Below are positions 30,879 through 44,299 of a stretch of 64,000 nucleotides of DNA, in pieces; within the stretch, counting starts at the first letter, position 1; each line of letters opens with the position of its first letter. Both the position numbers and the translations under genes were made by a program. The notes beneath the pieces were generated by a model. The model saw only the letters and a program-made list of their open reading frames with translations. It was not told the origin of the DNA and ran no database searches. The DNA comes from Eledone cirrhosa (taxonomy: Eukaryota), in contig OZ024741.1 in assembly GCA_964016885.1 (NCBI GenBank), positions 84,878,001 to 84,942,000 on the forward strand, in the 5' to 3' direction.

Positions 30879-32060
30879 CAGAGAGAGCGAGAAACGAAAG
30901 GTCATTATTGAAAGTCTCTGGATTTCGCAAAATACACAATATTTTTTATTGGAGAAGGAAAGATATTTTTCCTTAAAAATTTGATTGCACTGTTTTGTTC
31001 CCTCTTATTTATTTATTTTAAATGTTATTTATTCATAAAAATTAAATGACACCATTCTATATGTAGGTAGGTCCTCTTCATCTCCTGGCAGCCAATATTT
31101 TTAGACCCAGTACGCCACTGTGTGTATGTATATGTGTAGGTGCGTGTGTCTCCGCGTATAACTGTGCATATGTGTGTGTGTCTATCTATTTGTGTGTGCA
31201 TGTATGTGTGTCTGTGTGTGTGTGTGTATGTGTGTGTGTATGTGTGTGTGCGCGTGGTGTGTGTGTGTGAAGTGAGAAAACCTCGAAAACCTCATGAGTA
31301 CAAGCTTGGATATGCAAAAATGTTTCTTTGTAATTTTGGCTATCGTAAATACCAAGAAACTCAATGATTTACTTGTTGGAAAGATTTATCCAACGCCAAT
31401 TTCGTGAAACCAAAAGGCATGAGTTTAGACTGTAAAAACAAAACAAAAGCACAAAAACCAGGTAAACTTGTATCAAAACCTATTGTGTTCTTATAACAAA
31501 GAAAGAGTATAGAACAGCATAGAAGCAAAATCCACTAGGACGAGGTAAATATCTAGATAAGAGATAACTCCACAAAAGACAAACACGTAAAACTCTAGGT
31601 GCTATTCCAACAGAGAAGGCTGTAAAGTGATAGGTGAAGTATGAAAATTTCAATGCTTGGAGCCAAAGGAGATTTCTATATGTTTCACACTTAAAACCTA
31701 AGCGCAGATAATCAAAATACGTAATTCAATCCGCAGTATTAAAATTTCCACATGGTAGAAGCAGAGACTGGAGAGGAAAATTGCATCACGAATGACCTAG
31801 TAGCTTTTTAGATCATGTATCCTTAACTTTATATAGTGATATGCAGTTTTATATGCGTTTGTGTGTGTGTGTGTGCGTACGTGCGTGGTTGCGAACATAT
31901 GCGTATGTGTCTGTTTCTGTTATATCTGCTGTATGTGTTTGTATCTGTATATGCTGTGTGCTGTGTGCTGTGTATGTATAGACATTTCACTTACACCGGT
32001 AAAGCTCAAACATAGAATTATGCAAATATATAAAGTATCTATATTACGCCTGAATGTATA

Positions 32061-32132
<72 letters not shown>

Positions 32133-32208
32133 CGTGTGTTTGCAAGTGTGAGTTTGTGCGTCTGTGTGTGCAAGCGTGTGTGCATGTGCGTGTGTGTGTG
32201 TATACATG

Positions 32209-32256
<48 letters not shown>

Positions 32257-32287
32257 AATATAAATATATATATAAATATAAATATAT

Positions 32288-32319
<32 letters not shown>

Positions 32320-32362
32320 TTGCCTATGTATATATATATATATATATATACATACATATATG

Positions 32363-32445
<83 letters not shown>

Positions 32446-32446
32446 A

Positions 32447-32489
<43 letters not shown>

Positions 32490-32785
32490 TGTTTGTTTTT
32501 GTCAGTATATGTCACTCCATTCGTGGGTTTGTTTGCGTGTGTGCACGTGGGAACGTATTAAACACAGTGTTGCTTCTGCTATATTTTTTCTATTATACCC
32601 GATATTTTTATGAGAACATCTTCACAAGGCATTAAAACAGATGTAAATAAAGCAAGTTTTATCCGGCAGTAAAAATAAACTGCAAACATGCAAATTTAGT
32701 AAAACATGTTTAAAAGATGAAGCGATGTAAATATAGGTTGGATTGTGTGACTGCCTCTGTATACGGCATATGTTTATATGTAGGG

Positions 32786-32846
<61 letters not shown>

Positions 32847-32942
32847 TATACATTTATAAATATATATATGTATGTACATACATACACACACACATATATA
32901 TATAAATATATTCGTATTTATGTGTGTCTGTATATTTATATA

Positions 32943-33022
<80 letters not shown>

Positions 33023-33070
33023 CACCATATATGCACATATATATACATATAATTATATATATATATATAT

Positions 33071-33142
<72 letters not shown>

Positions 33143-33521
33143 CTATGTGTATATGTTTGTTTGCTATATTGTTGATCGTTGTAAAATGGTGGGGTGGTGG
33201 TGAGTAGTGTTACTATGTTTCTCATAATAGACAAGTAAAATCTCCGTTTGATCGTGCAGTTTTAAATGTTCAATAAATAACATCACCTACCCACTAGATC
33301 GAACACGGATCTTTCTTTTCATGTTTTCAGGGTTATAATTAAAGAGAAAGCAACAATGTCGCTGTCGATGTTGTTGCCGTTGTAAGTGTTGTTGTTGTTA
33401 AAGAATGTGATAAATTCGTAGATGTGTCACTGCGGGTGGTGAAGTGATCAAGCTAGCTTTTTATAGTATCTACTTGCCTCTTCCTCTCCTTCTTCTTCTT
33501 ATCATTATTATTATCATCAAG

Positions 33522-33720
33522 TGGCGGTGGATTGGCAGTATCGGTAGAGGGTCGGACGCCATGCTTTGCAGCATAGAGTTACGGCCCTTTGTGGTCTGAG
33601 TTCAAATCCCGCCGAGATTAACTTTGCCTTTCATCCTTACGGGGTCGAGAAAATAAAGTACCAGTAATACACTGTGATAATTGCTGGCCTTGTGCTTAAA
33701 GTAGAAACAATTATTATTAT
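33522..33720 (+). mobile_element. tRNA-derived SINE, full length
   Basis: A-box-like tggcagtatcgg, B box gttcaaatcc, conserved core, (att)n tail. Confidence 0.85.
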
Positions 33721-34449
33721 CATCATCAGCAGCAGCAGCAGCATCATTATTATTATTATTGTTATTATTATTATTATCTGTTTTGTGACTTGATATAACG
33801 TATGTACAGATCACTCCGTTAGTTTGTTGTTCATTCACCTGGTTTGAAAACGTATTTTGCTTGTCATTTCTTTTTTTTGTTATGCGGATCAATGAACCGC
33901 GTTCATATTGAGTCAGTCAGTTTCCCCCAATCTCTAACCATTAAGGACTAAATCTGCACTTATGTTGCAGCCACCAACCTCCAAATTTTATTTTGAAGAA
34001 CTGAATGCAGGATGAAGAAATAATATCCGGCTGTACAAAGAATGGGACAGCCAAAGTTCAACCACTGCAGAAGACTACAACTTCAACACTACTACTACTA
34101 CTAAATAACAAAACAATATAAAAGTAATTTCCCAGCATTGCAAATGTTTGATGACCTGCCCCTACCACCACCACCAACATCACTACCACCACCAGCAACA
34201 CCACTACCACCACCACCAACCCCACTACCACCACCACCAACATCACTACCACCCCCAACAACACCACTACCACCACCAACCCCACTACCACCATCACCAA
34301 CACCACTACTACCAACCTCACTACCGCCAACACCTCTACTACAACAACAAAAAGTATTAACGCAAATATCATTGACACCATAAACAACAAAAACGATACC
34401 AATGACATAAACTATAACACGACAACAGTGACAAAAGAACACCTACACA

Positions 34450-35233
34450 AACACTTTACAGTGTGGACTGGGTGCTTTTTGTTGTGACACCTAAATAACA
34501 CCAGTGACAGAAATAGCAACAATGTAACAACAACATTGTTACAATGTATATTACATGTATGTTACAATGGAGCCGACAGCTAGAAATAGCATCTGACATC
34601 CAAGTAGATAAAACTCTAAAAATATGTAATCTCAGATGTGACCCAAGTAGCAAAACCAAATCAGTTTACCAGCGTCTAGGTCCTTTTTATACTAAGAGAC
34701 CTCGTAAGAAGAAAACATTCCGTGATCCCTAGTTACAGTGAAGGGCTTGATTTTCCAGTTTACTTCTTAAGGTTGTGAATGCCGGGTACACCACCAGGTC
34801 TGAATATCTGGAGTATAATGGGCCTTCGTCGTTTTGAAGACGATCCATGAAAGTGAAAAGAAACAACTGCATAAATAGACCTAAAAATTCTGCTTCCCAT
34901 GAAACCAGAAAATATAGAGAAAATTCAAATTCTCATACAACTGCTAAACTTGAGGGAAATACGATAGGCATGGAATGAAGGAAACCCAAGAGTCAGTTTG
35001 TGCGGCCACACGCCACTTGCAAGTCTTCTCTCCTCCCACCCCCCCCACCCCCACCCCAAAAAAAGAAAAAATATAAGATAACAACAAAAGCAGCAGCTAC
35101 GACAAGAGGGAAAGCAGCTCCGATAGCCGCAGCACCACCAACACTACCATCAACAACAACCCCAGTAAGAATAACAAAAGAAAAAAACATCAAGAAATCC
35201 ACTCGGGTTTTCTCCCAGCACAGCTCCCCATTC

Positions 35234-35302
<69 letters not shown>

Positions 35303-35915
35303 GCTCCCTCTCTCTCACTCTCTCTCACTATCTCACTCTTTCTCTCTCTGCTTCCTCCAAACACAGCACATAGACTCTCACACAAACACATTCCCATACC
35401 CATCGGAATTGGATGTCTTAAACATGGGTTCTCAGCTCGCAAAGAGCACAGCCCTCAAAGGGATAAAAACAAACAACATGCACCAAGGAACATGATAACC
35501 ACACCCACAAAAACAGCTCTTAATTGTTGTACGAGACGCACCTCACTACCTCACCTTCTACCAATGGTTTACCCTAAGCATTTCACGTAGATATGCCAGA
35601 CTTGTTCGCCGAATCCCTGACAGTTGTCTACTGTAATTGGCAGCATTGTAGGAAAATATCCAATTTTGTAAATCTGGGAGTAGTAGCACTGATGATGAAT
35701 TACTTTGCTCAACGCACAGTTTAAGATTTCGTCGTCCAGAACCTGATTGTGGAAATTCGTAGGTGTGCAATCCCGAACATTTCCATACAAGATTATCTCC
35801 ACCTGAGTGTAGACAGTAAACGTGGCTTCGGTGGACTCAGGTCAATCGAACGCTTTCGGTCGGATCGACAATCGCTACCTTGAAGCTGTCCACGAGGCAG
35901 CTGCTTTCGGTCCAT
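34450..35915 (+). mobile_element. Highly decayed L1/Tx1 relic
   Basis: 35590-35915 aligns by eye with 52065-52490 (atatgccagacttgttcg...). 34975-35020 resembles the zinc-knuckle coding region at 49765-49812. Confidence 0.6.
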
Positions 35916-35941
35916 CATATACATACATACGACATATATAT

Positions 35942-36015
<74 letters not shown>

Positions 36016-36065
36016 CTATTTATATATAGAGATATATAATGTATATATATATTATATATAGATAT

Positions 36066-36232
<167 letters not shown>

Positions 36233-36945
36233 GGGATGTTCGATCCAACAGAGGTGTATATATATAACTAATAAATAGTTTTATCACTCTACATAGTTGA
36301 GTACAAGAAACGTAAATCTGATTTTTTCGGATATTATTAATAATATTCGATTCGTTTACACTTATGCAAACAGCCTCTTAAACCATATGAGTAGAATTAC
36401 CTTGTCATTCTTACTCTTCTGTTGGCAACGCAAGAGAAAAACTCAGATTTATATTTTATATGTATATATATGTATATATATATCGGGTAATATACGATAT
36501 GTTTACGAAAAATATTTGAAAGCTTTTAGCTAGAACTTTAAAGGCTTTCCAATGTCCACTTGTAAACCTATCATATATTATTTGATACGCAAACTTTACA
36601 TACATATATGTATACAGCTATGTTGAAGCAAACATCCTAATTCTATTTCTATTTCCAGCCGGGCCAGTCTAAACCTTCTCATACAAGTGATGTTAAGTTA
36701 ATCAACCTACATATTATACATAAGCCTTAAAACTATATGTTTTCGGAATATTAAAGTTCCAGTATAAGGCAAGAACCATGTGTGATATTGACAATGGCAA
36801 CGGTGCCAGAACCAGCTATCTGTTGCTTACCCCTTTTTTCTGCTACAAGGTAGATGGCGTTAGTCCGCAACTTCAAAATTCGTAGCTAAAGGCTATCAAA
36901 TGTTTATTCGTAAACATCGTATATTATTCGACATACAAATTTGTA

Positions 36946-37030
<85 letters not shown>

Positions 37031-37032
<2 letters not shown>

Positions 37033-37246
37033 AGTATGTATACGTACATATATATGTGTATACAGACGTACAGTAGTATACATACATGCACATATATATA
37101 TATGTACGTATGGATTTACCGAGCATTTATTATAATAAACGCTCAATAAATCCATACGTACATATATATATATGTGTGCATGTATGTATATATATACATA
37201 CTACTGTACGTCTGTATACACATATGTATGTACGTATACATACTTA
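37031..37246. repeat. Fold-back palindrome, ~105-bp arms, centre 37132/37133
   Basis: cagacgtacagtagtat ... atactactgtacgtctg, with centre tttatta|taataaa. Confidence 0.85.
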
Positions 37247-37320
37247 TATTTAAGTAACAGCCGTACTAAGAGTGAGAAATGAAATTTCGTTTCATTTTTT
37301 CCATTTATATATATATATAT

Positions 37321-40300
37321 ATATTGTTATACTTTGGGAGGGTCATGTTGCCAATAAGAAACACACGCACCAGCTGCTTTCACTTCAATTTATTATAATA
37401 AATTTATAAATTTAGGAATTTATAAATTTATAAATTTCCGGATGGTTGGTTCCACAACCAGATGGTTGTTGATATATTGTCAAAGTTCTTTCGTCACACA
37501 TTCTGTGACCTCTTCAGTGACTGGGGATTCTTTTCTTTGTTTTTCTGCCTCTCCTTTGTTCTGTCCTACGCCATTTTGTTTCTGTGTGTGTGTTGTGTGC
37601 TCAGTCTGCGCATGCCGCACATCCGGGTGTCGGATGTGGCGCATGCGCAGACTGAGCACACAACACACACACAGAAACAAAATGCGTAGGACAGAACAAA
37701 AGAGAGGCACAAAAAACAAAGAAAAGAATCCCCAGTCACTGAAGAGGTCACATCATGTGTTACGAAAGAACTTTGACAATATATAAACAACCATCTGGTT
37801 GTGGAACCAACCAACCAACCGGAAATTTATAAATTTATAAATTCCTAAATTTATAAATGTATTATAATAAATTGAAGTGAAAGCAACTGGTGCGTGTGTT
37901 TCTTATTGGCAACATGACCCTCCCAAAGTATAACAATATCGGTTTCAACACACGTTTTCAGATAAAAAATCCTGCTAAACAAATTCAGAAACGAAATATC
38001 GTAAGCCTTAGCCAGGCTAACAAGATACTGAAAACCACCATGTTCTGTTGTCTACGAAAAACAATAACATCTCGACAACTACACTTCATAAAAGAATGTG
38101 CCTCGTCCCGAGGTTACACCAACACCATCAACACCGATGTAAGACGATTACAACTCACCAAAAAGCAAGCAGATAGGCTAAAACGAACACTAATTCTAAA
38201 CATAAAAAAGAAGATCTATAGAGAATTAAGTCATCAAGAAAAACATAAGCGTAACCTAATACAAGAAATAACTAAGATCACCACACCAAGAGAACAACTA
38301 ATATTTATAAGCCTTATACGTCCTGAAGAACAGTACATTGCTCAAGAATTTGATAAGCACTTTAACAAGAAACTAAAGTGGCTTAAGCAGATAAAACTAA
38401 ATCAGGATACTGTAGAGAATACCAATAGATATCCCGACAAAATTGACGGTATAAATATGGCCGACATCTCATTAACAGATGAGTTCAACAACAACAACAC
38501 AAATATATACGGCAACACTGCAGTAGACCCTGATGAATTATCTCTATTACAACTACCACCTAAATATGCGACATGCAAGAGGGTAAATATAATTAGTTGC
38601 TTGTCAGAAATAGAAAAATCATTTACAAAATTATGTTGGAGCCTCAAAAACAAAAACAAAAACAAAAGTAACAACATACGCACACACATATACAACACAC
38701 ATCCCAACAACAACAGACACACAGACACAAACAACAATAACAACAACACACACATCAACAATAATAACATACCCAGAAACAACAACAACAGACACGCAGA
38801 CACAAACAACAATAACAACACACACAACAATAATAACACACACGGAGACAACAACAACACACATCAAAAACAGCACACATCAACAACAACAACAACAACA
38901 ACACACACACATTCAATGCCTCTCACCACCACCACAATATTAACAAACACACAGACACAGAAAACAAGTAATGACAGTAGCACAGAAATAAGGGAAGGTA
39001 ATAGGATTAAAAGGAGAAGGGAGACAATGGACAAAGAAAATAACCAAGACGAACACACAGACACAAAATAGAGTAGATAATAACAATGAGCCAGTGGAAA
39101 GAGACAGGAGTAATAATGAAAGAGATAGAAATAACCATGAGGTTGTTGGTGGAAATAGAAATAGAAACAACACAACTAACAATAACAATAGCACTAGTAC
39201 ACATAAAGCAGCAGCCTGGAACTCTACGTTTTATAATCCCTCCGATAAGTCGTTCGACCTGCGACGAGTCCACGCCACGACTTTACCATTTAACAAACGC
39301 ACGCAATTGCCGTCGCAGGTCGATGAACAAACAGAAGCACAATTTAGTATATCTAGATCCGAACTTAGAAATATTATAGAACAGTATAGCAAGAAGCATA
39401 ATAGAATGGAGACCCAGCAACTGGGAGAAAAATCTGCAAATGGCTTGCGTAAGCTCATGCAGCGCTCGCGTAATGGAGAGATAGCGTGCTTTCCAACAGA
39501 CAAGTCTGGCAGAATGTCTGTTGACAGCCTGCCAAACTACATCCAGACAATGCAACCCCACACCACTAACACAAGAGAAGTAACACCACAGGAGCTTGAG
39601 GATAGAGAAAAAGCCCTCAATGCCCATATGGTGATGTGGACGAATATAATACAGCCCAACAAAAGGACTGCCAACAACTTCCAGGCCTGGAACAATGACG
39701 TGTCGGCGTTGTATGGGCTTCGAAAAGACCATAAAACGGGCAGTGACCCTGTCACGGGACCACCAACACGGCCAGTCTGTGGAGCTAACATTGCTAGTAA
39801 CTACAGACTGTCCTACTTCCTCTCCCTGATCATACGCCCCATCATTGAAATGTCCCCAGATGTATGTGACAGCACGGAGAACCTCCTAAGCAGAATCGGC
39901 GAGAGTAACCGATCTGGGGACCTAACAAACTGCATAATAGGTAGTATGGATGTTGTGTCCCTGTATCCATCTATTGACGTGGATTTCGCTGTGGAGAACT
40001 GCGTAGAAATGATCAGTGAGAGCAATGTTGAGTTCCGTGGGATTGATACCAGTGAGCTGGGACTCCTACTTAAACTTACCTATAGTAATAATTACCTAGA
40101 CACATATGACCTTAGCAACCTGTGCCCTACAAGAGCAGCAAGAGGCAGACCACCTACCATTACCTCAATGGCCAAGAAAACCCAGACAGATAGATGGAAC
40201 GGGTAGACCAGAGCCATACGGACACCCGAAAACCACGATGAACTAAAGAAAATGATTGCACATGCGGTGGGGGCCAGCATAAAATTAACCCTTAAGGAAC

Positions 40301-41952
40301 ATATGTTCAAATTTAATGGAAAAACATATGCCCAAGAGGAAGGAGCAGCCATTGGTGTTAGCATTGCAGGCGACATAGCTAACTTATTCATGGTATGGTG
40401 GGACAGTAGACTTAAACTTAAACTTAAAGAACAATTAGAAGACCCCTTAACCCTGATAATGTACTCCGGTTACGTTGATGATATAAACATCGTAGTTAAA
40501 ACACCCCACTAGAGAACAGTCAGGAATTAGAGAAAAACACAATGGACCAGCAAATAGCTAACTCCATCCACCAGAGTATTAGAGTTACTATAGACTACCC
40601 AAATAAACACCCCAACCATCAATTACCTGTAATAGACACAGTGCTCTGGTTAGATACCATTAATAACAAAAAACAAATCCTCCATTCCCATTATGCCAAA
40701 CCCATGACTTCCAAATATCTGATCCACCGAAACTCAGCTGTTTCGGACCATACCAAAATCAACATACTGATTGCGGATTTGGTACGGGTGATGAGAAACG
40801 TGTCCCGCATGGGCAACCCCGAAGAACTAGAAAGACACATACAACACTTCATCCACCGTATGCAGTTCTCTGGTTACAATCAGAGAGATAAATTCAGAGT
40901 GTATAGAGGAGCCAGAACCAAATGGGAAAAAATGGTAAATAATGACACAAATGGGACCTGCCCCTTGTATAGGAGCAAATTTTGGAATAGAATAGAAAGA
41001 ACTAGGAATAAGGCTAATAGAATAAACTCATGGTATGATAGCAATAAATACCAGTGTGTAATGTTCATCGATACAACCCCTAGAGGTGAATTAGTTTACA
41101 AACATATACTCAATATTAAGATAGTAGAAAGACCAGGTACCTCCGTAAAAACACTTATTAGCAAGACATACCCTTTTCAAAGACCCCCCTGTATAGATAA
41201 GAAATGTATAACCTGTAAATTAAGCCCCCATATTAACTGTAAAACTAGAAATGTAGTATATAGCATAAGATGTACTGAAGAACAATGTAGAGACAAAAAT
41301 ATAGTGTACATAGGTGAGACAGCTCGTAGTGTAGGGGAACGGATAAATGAACATAGAAATAAAAATAGAATCTACACACAGAAAAGATGCAATGTTTAGA
41401 CAAATCACAGAAGCAATAAACATAAATGAATTACAACCAAAATTAAATAGAAAACATGAGTGGAACAGCAACATCACAACTTATAATTAAGGAGAAAATG
41501 AAAACACACACGCACATAGAACAAACAACCAACCAGTAACATGTAAATAAACAAATAAATAAACGAATATAAACACACACAGACACCCGGATGTGGCGCA
41601 TGCGCAGACTGAAAACACAACACACACACAGAAACAAAATGGCGTAGGACAGAACAAAGGAGAGGCACAAAAACAAAGAAAAGAATCCCCAGTCACTGAA
41701 GAGGTCACAGAATGTGTGACGACAGAACTTTGACAATATATAAACAACCATCTGGTTGTGGAACCAACCAACCAGAAATTTATAAATTTATATATTCCTA
41801 AATTTATAAATTTATTATAATAAATTGAAGTGAAAGCAACTGGTGCGTGTGTTTCTTATTGGCAACATGACCCTCCCAAAGTATAACAATATCGGTTTCA
41901 ACACACGTTTTCAGATAAAGAATCTTGCTAAACAAATTCAGAAACGAAATAT
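37321..41952 (+). mobile_element. Near full-length PLE family B with direct pseudo-LTRs (~37631-37999, ~41588-41952) and an inverted pseudo-LTR copy (37321-37625)
   Basis: Direct and inverted terminal repeats. HHR motifs at 37479-37522 (-), 37734-37777 (+) and 41691-41734 (+, GAAA changed to GACA). Confidence 0.92.
37915..41490 (+). pseudogene. PLE family B polyprotein (RT + GIY-YIG), disrupted
   Basis: TDKSGR, LYGLRKDHK, PTRPV, GSMDVVSLYPSID, QEEGAAIG, GYVDD, NVVYSIRC...YIGETAR. In-frame TAG at 40204, frameshifts and an 83-bp deletion. Confidence 0.9.
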
Positions 41953-41965
41953 ATATATATATATA

Positions 41966-42065
<100 letters not shown>

Positions 42066-42068
42066 TAT

Positions 42069-42275
42069 ACAAGGTTATCCTGGGTTCGATCAGGGGTAAC
42101 CACAGTAGGTAAGGTACTCAATATAAAGCAGAGTATATATATTTAATATAGAAAAGGGTTCTACAGGACTAGAACTGTTTCATTCGGGAGAAATCATCAG
42201 GAAGCTTCCTGATGATTTCTCCCGAATGAAACATTTCTAGTCCTGTAGGAGCCTTTTCTATATTAAATATATATA
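42069..42275. mobile_element. Short fold-back derivative of the family A pseudo-LTR with back-to-back HHRs
   Basis: Homologous to 3470-3600. Spacer-less palindrome centred on gaag|cttc (42204/42205). Confidence 0.88.
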
Positions 42276-42372
42276 TATATATTTTGTAAAAGGTAAGCAG
42301 AAATAACAACACAATCGGTACAGTATATGAAAGGAATATATTAGGTTAACGCTTGAAATAACAGGAAGAGTA

Positions 42373-42408
42373 TCTTTACGTTTCGGACGCTAGTCCTTCA
42401 CCAGAAGA
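42373..42408 (-). ncRNA. Minimal type I HHR remnant (A6G)
   Basis: rc tctt-CTGGTGA-a-ggac(tagc)gtcc-GAA-ACGT-A^aaga. Confidence 0.65.
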
Positions 42409-43024
42409 AAGAATGAGAAATAAGATAGATTGAAGGGATGGGTGGGGTGGAATTGGAAAAATATCTTTAGATATTTAGTGTGTGTGGGTGTGGGTGTGTG
42501 GGTGTGTGGGTGTGTATGTGTGTGTGCGTGTGTGTGCACGTGTGTGTGTGTGTGTGTATGATTGATATCGTTCTGGTTGTGAATACCTATGTGTGAGATT
42601 GAGTTTCATTTCATGTATCATATTATTTCTTTTTAACCAGCTTTATGTGCTAAACAAGGATAATAGTGAAAATTGTGAATAATTTATCGTTTTCATATAT
42701 TAAGCTGTTGAAACAATTCTCCTCTAATTCAGGGCTAAGGCTCATGACTAAGAATGTTGCTTTACATCCTACGCGTGTGTTCCAAATGGATGTTTTGAGC
42801 TAATTGTAAGCAGCAAATTGTAAGCAGCGAGATAGATTTAAACCATTACATACACCCACACACATACCCCCCTCCCATATATATATATATATATATATAA
42901 CAAAGGAAGTGTGGTAAGGAACCAGATGGACCATAACACACCAGAGTACTCAATACTTAGGGTAGTAGAGTGGGTAACCCCGACGGCAGAGCTCAAGCCG
43001 TTTCAACGGGGTTAAACATTTTCC

Positions 43025-43125
<101 letters not shown>

Positions 43126-43160
43126 CATTTAAATATCTATATATATATATATATATATGT

Positions 43161-43582
43161 ATATTGTTATACTTGGAGAGGGTCATATTGTTGTAATAAT
43201 ATTGCCAGAAATAATAACAGAACACACTCACTATTTGGTTGGTTTTCGCTTCTGTATCATTTATATCTCCATAGTTAATTCATTTGGCAATCAATGTTTA
43301 TCACTGACTGACCAACGGTCCAAAATACAGATATAAATACATATATATAGACTATATATATATATGTTTATATCTGTACTTTTGACCGTTGGTCAGTCAG
43401 TGATAAACATTGATTGCCAAATGAATTAACTATGGAGATATAAAGGATACAGAAGCGAAAACCAACCAAACAGTGAGTGTGTTCTGTTATTATTTCTGGC
43501 AATATTATTACAACAATATGACCCTCCCCAAGTATAACAATATTTGTTTCGACACACGATTTCATATCAAAAACCTTGCAAA

Positions 43583-43584
<2 letters not shown>
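43161..43584. mobile_element. Fold-back element sharing only the family B 3' terminus
   Basis: ~190-bp inverted arms about 43350. Ends read atgaccctcc(c)caagtataacaatat as in family B. Confidence 0.78.
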
Positions 43585-43660
<76 letters not shown>

Positions 43661-44149
43661 ACATATATAGTTTTAGCAAAGTCGTGTAATGTTCTGATGC
43701 TCAGTTGCGAATAAGAATCAGATAGTGTTTAGTTGAAGATAATGTCATTTATAGTTGAAGTTATATATCAATATAGAAAGAGTTCAGTCGCGGTTGAAAA
43801 GAGATACATGAAAAATAAAAAAAGTATACGTATTTCTTCTCATTGAATGTCCAAAAGGTAGAACAATTTGTTAGGTTATTGAAAGTTTCTTTTCTAAATG
43901 ATGGAAGTCTTGTCTTTTACAGGTGTTCTGATTATCTGTGAAATTTGCTTCTGTTTTTTACCATGAGCGTGTCAAGTGTGATTGAACTAAAACTTTACAA
44001 ATTATTTGAATACTTAAACACATCGCTACTTCCATTTCAATTTAAAAGAAAATATTATTCGCAATAAGTATTTTACTTATCGTCCTCGGAATTATCAAAG
44101 GTAAAGTTGTACTCGACGGGCTTCGAGCTGACTTCACAAAGACCCTTAA

Positions 44150-44245
44150 TAATTGTTTCTACTTTTGGCCCAAGGCCAGCAATTATCCCAGTGCATAACT
44201 GGTACTTTATTTTATCGACCCCGTAAGGATGAAAGGCAAAGTTAA
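44150..44245 (-). mobile_element. SINE fragment
   Basis: Reverse complement of the SINE core. Confidence 0.8.
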
Positions 44246-44299
44246 TAATGACAGTTGTATTTAATCCGATCATATAACGACTCCGGCACTTCTCCTATA

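Noticed and set aside
34058-34442. Pro-, His-, Val- or Gly-rich ORFs
   Set aside because: (CCA)n-derived low-complexity sequence.
40204-40206. In-frame stop in PLE B as possible selenocysteine recoding
   Set aside because: The codon is TAG, not TGA, and the copy has other disabling lesions.
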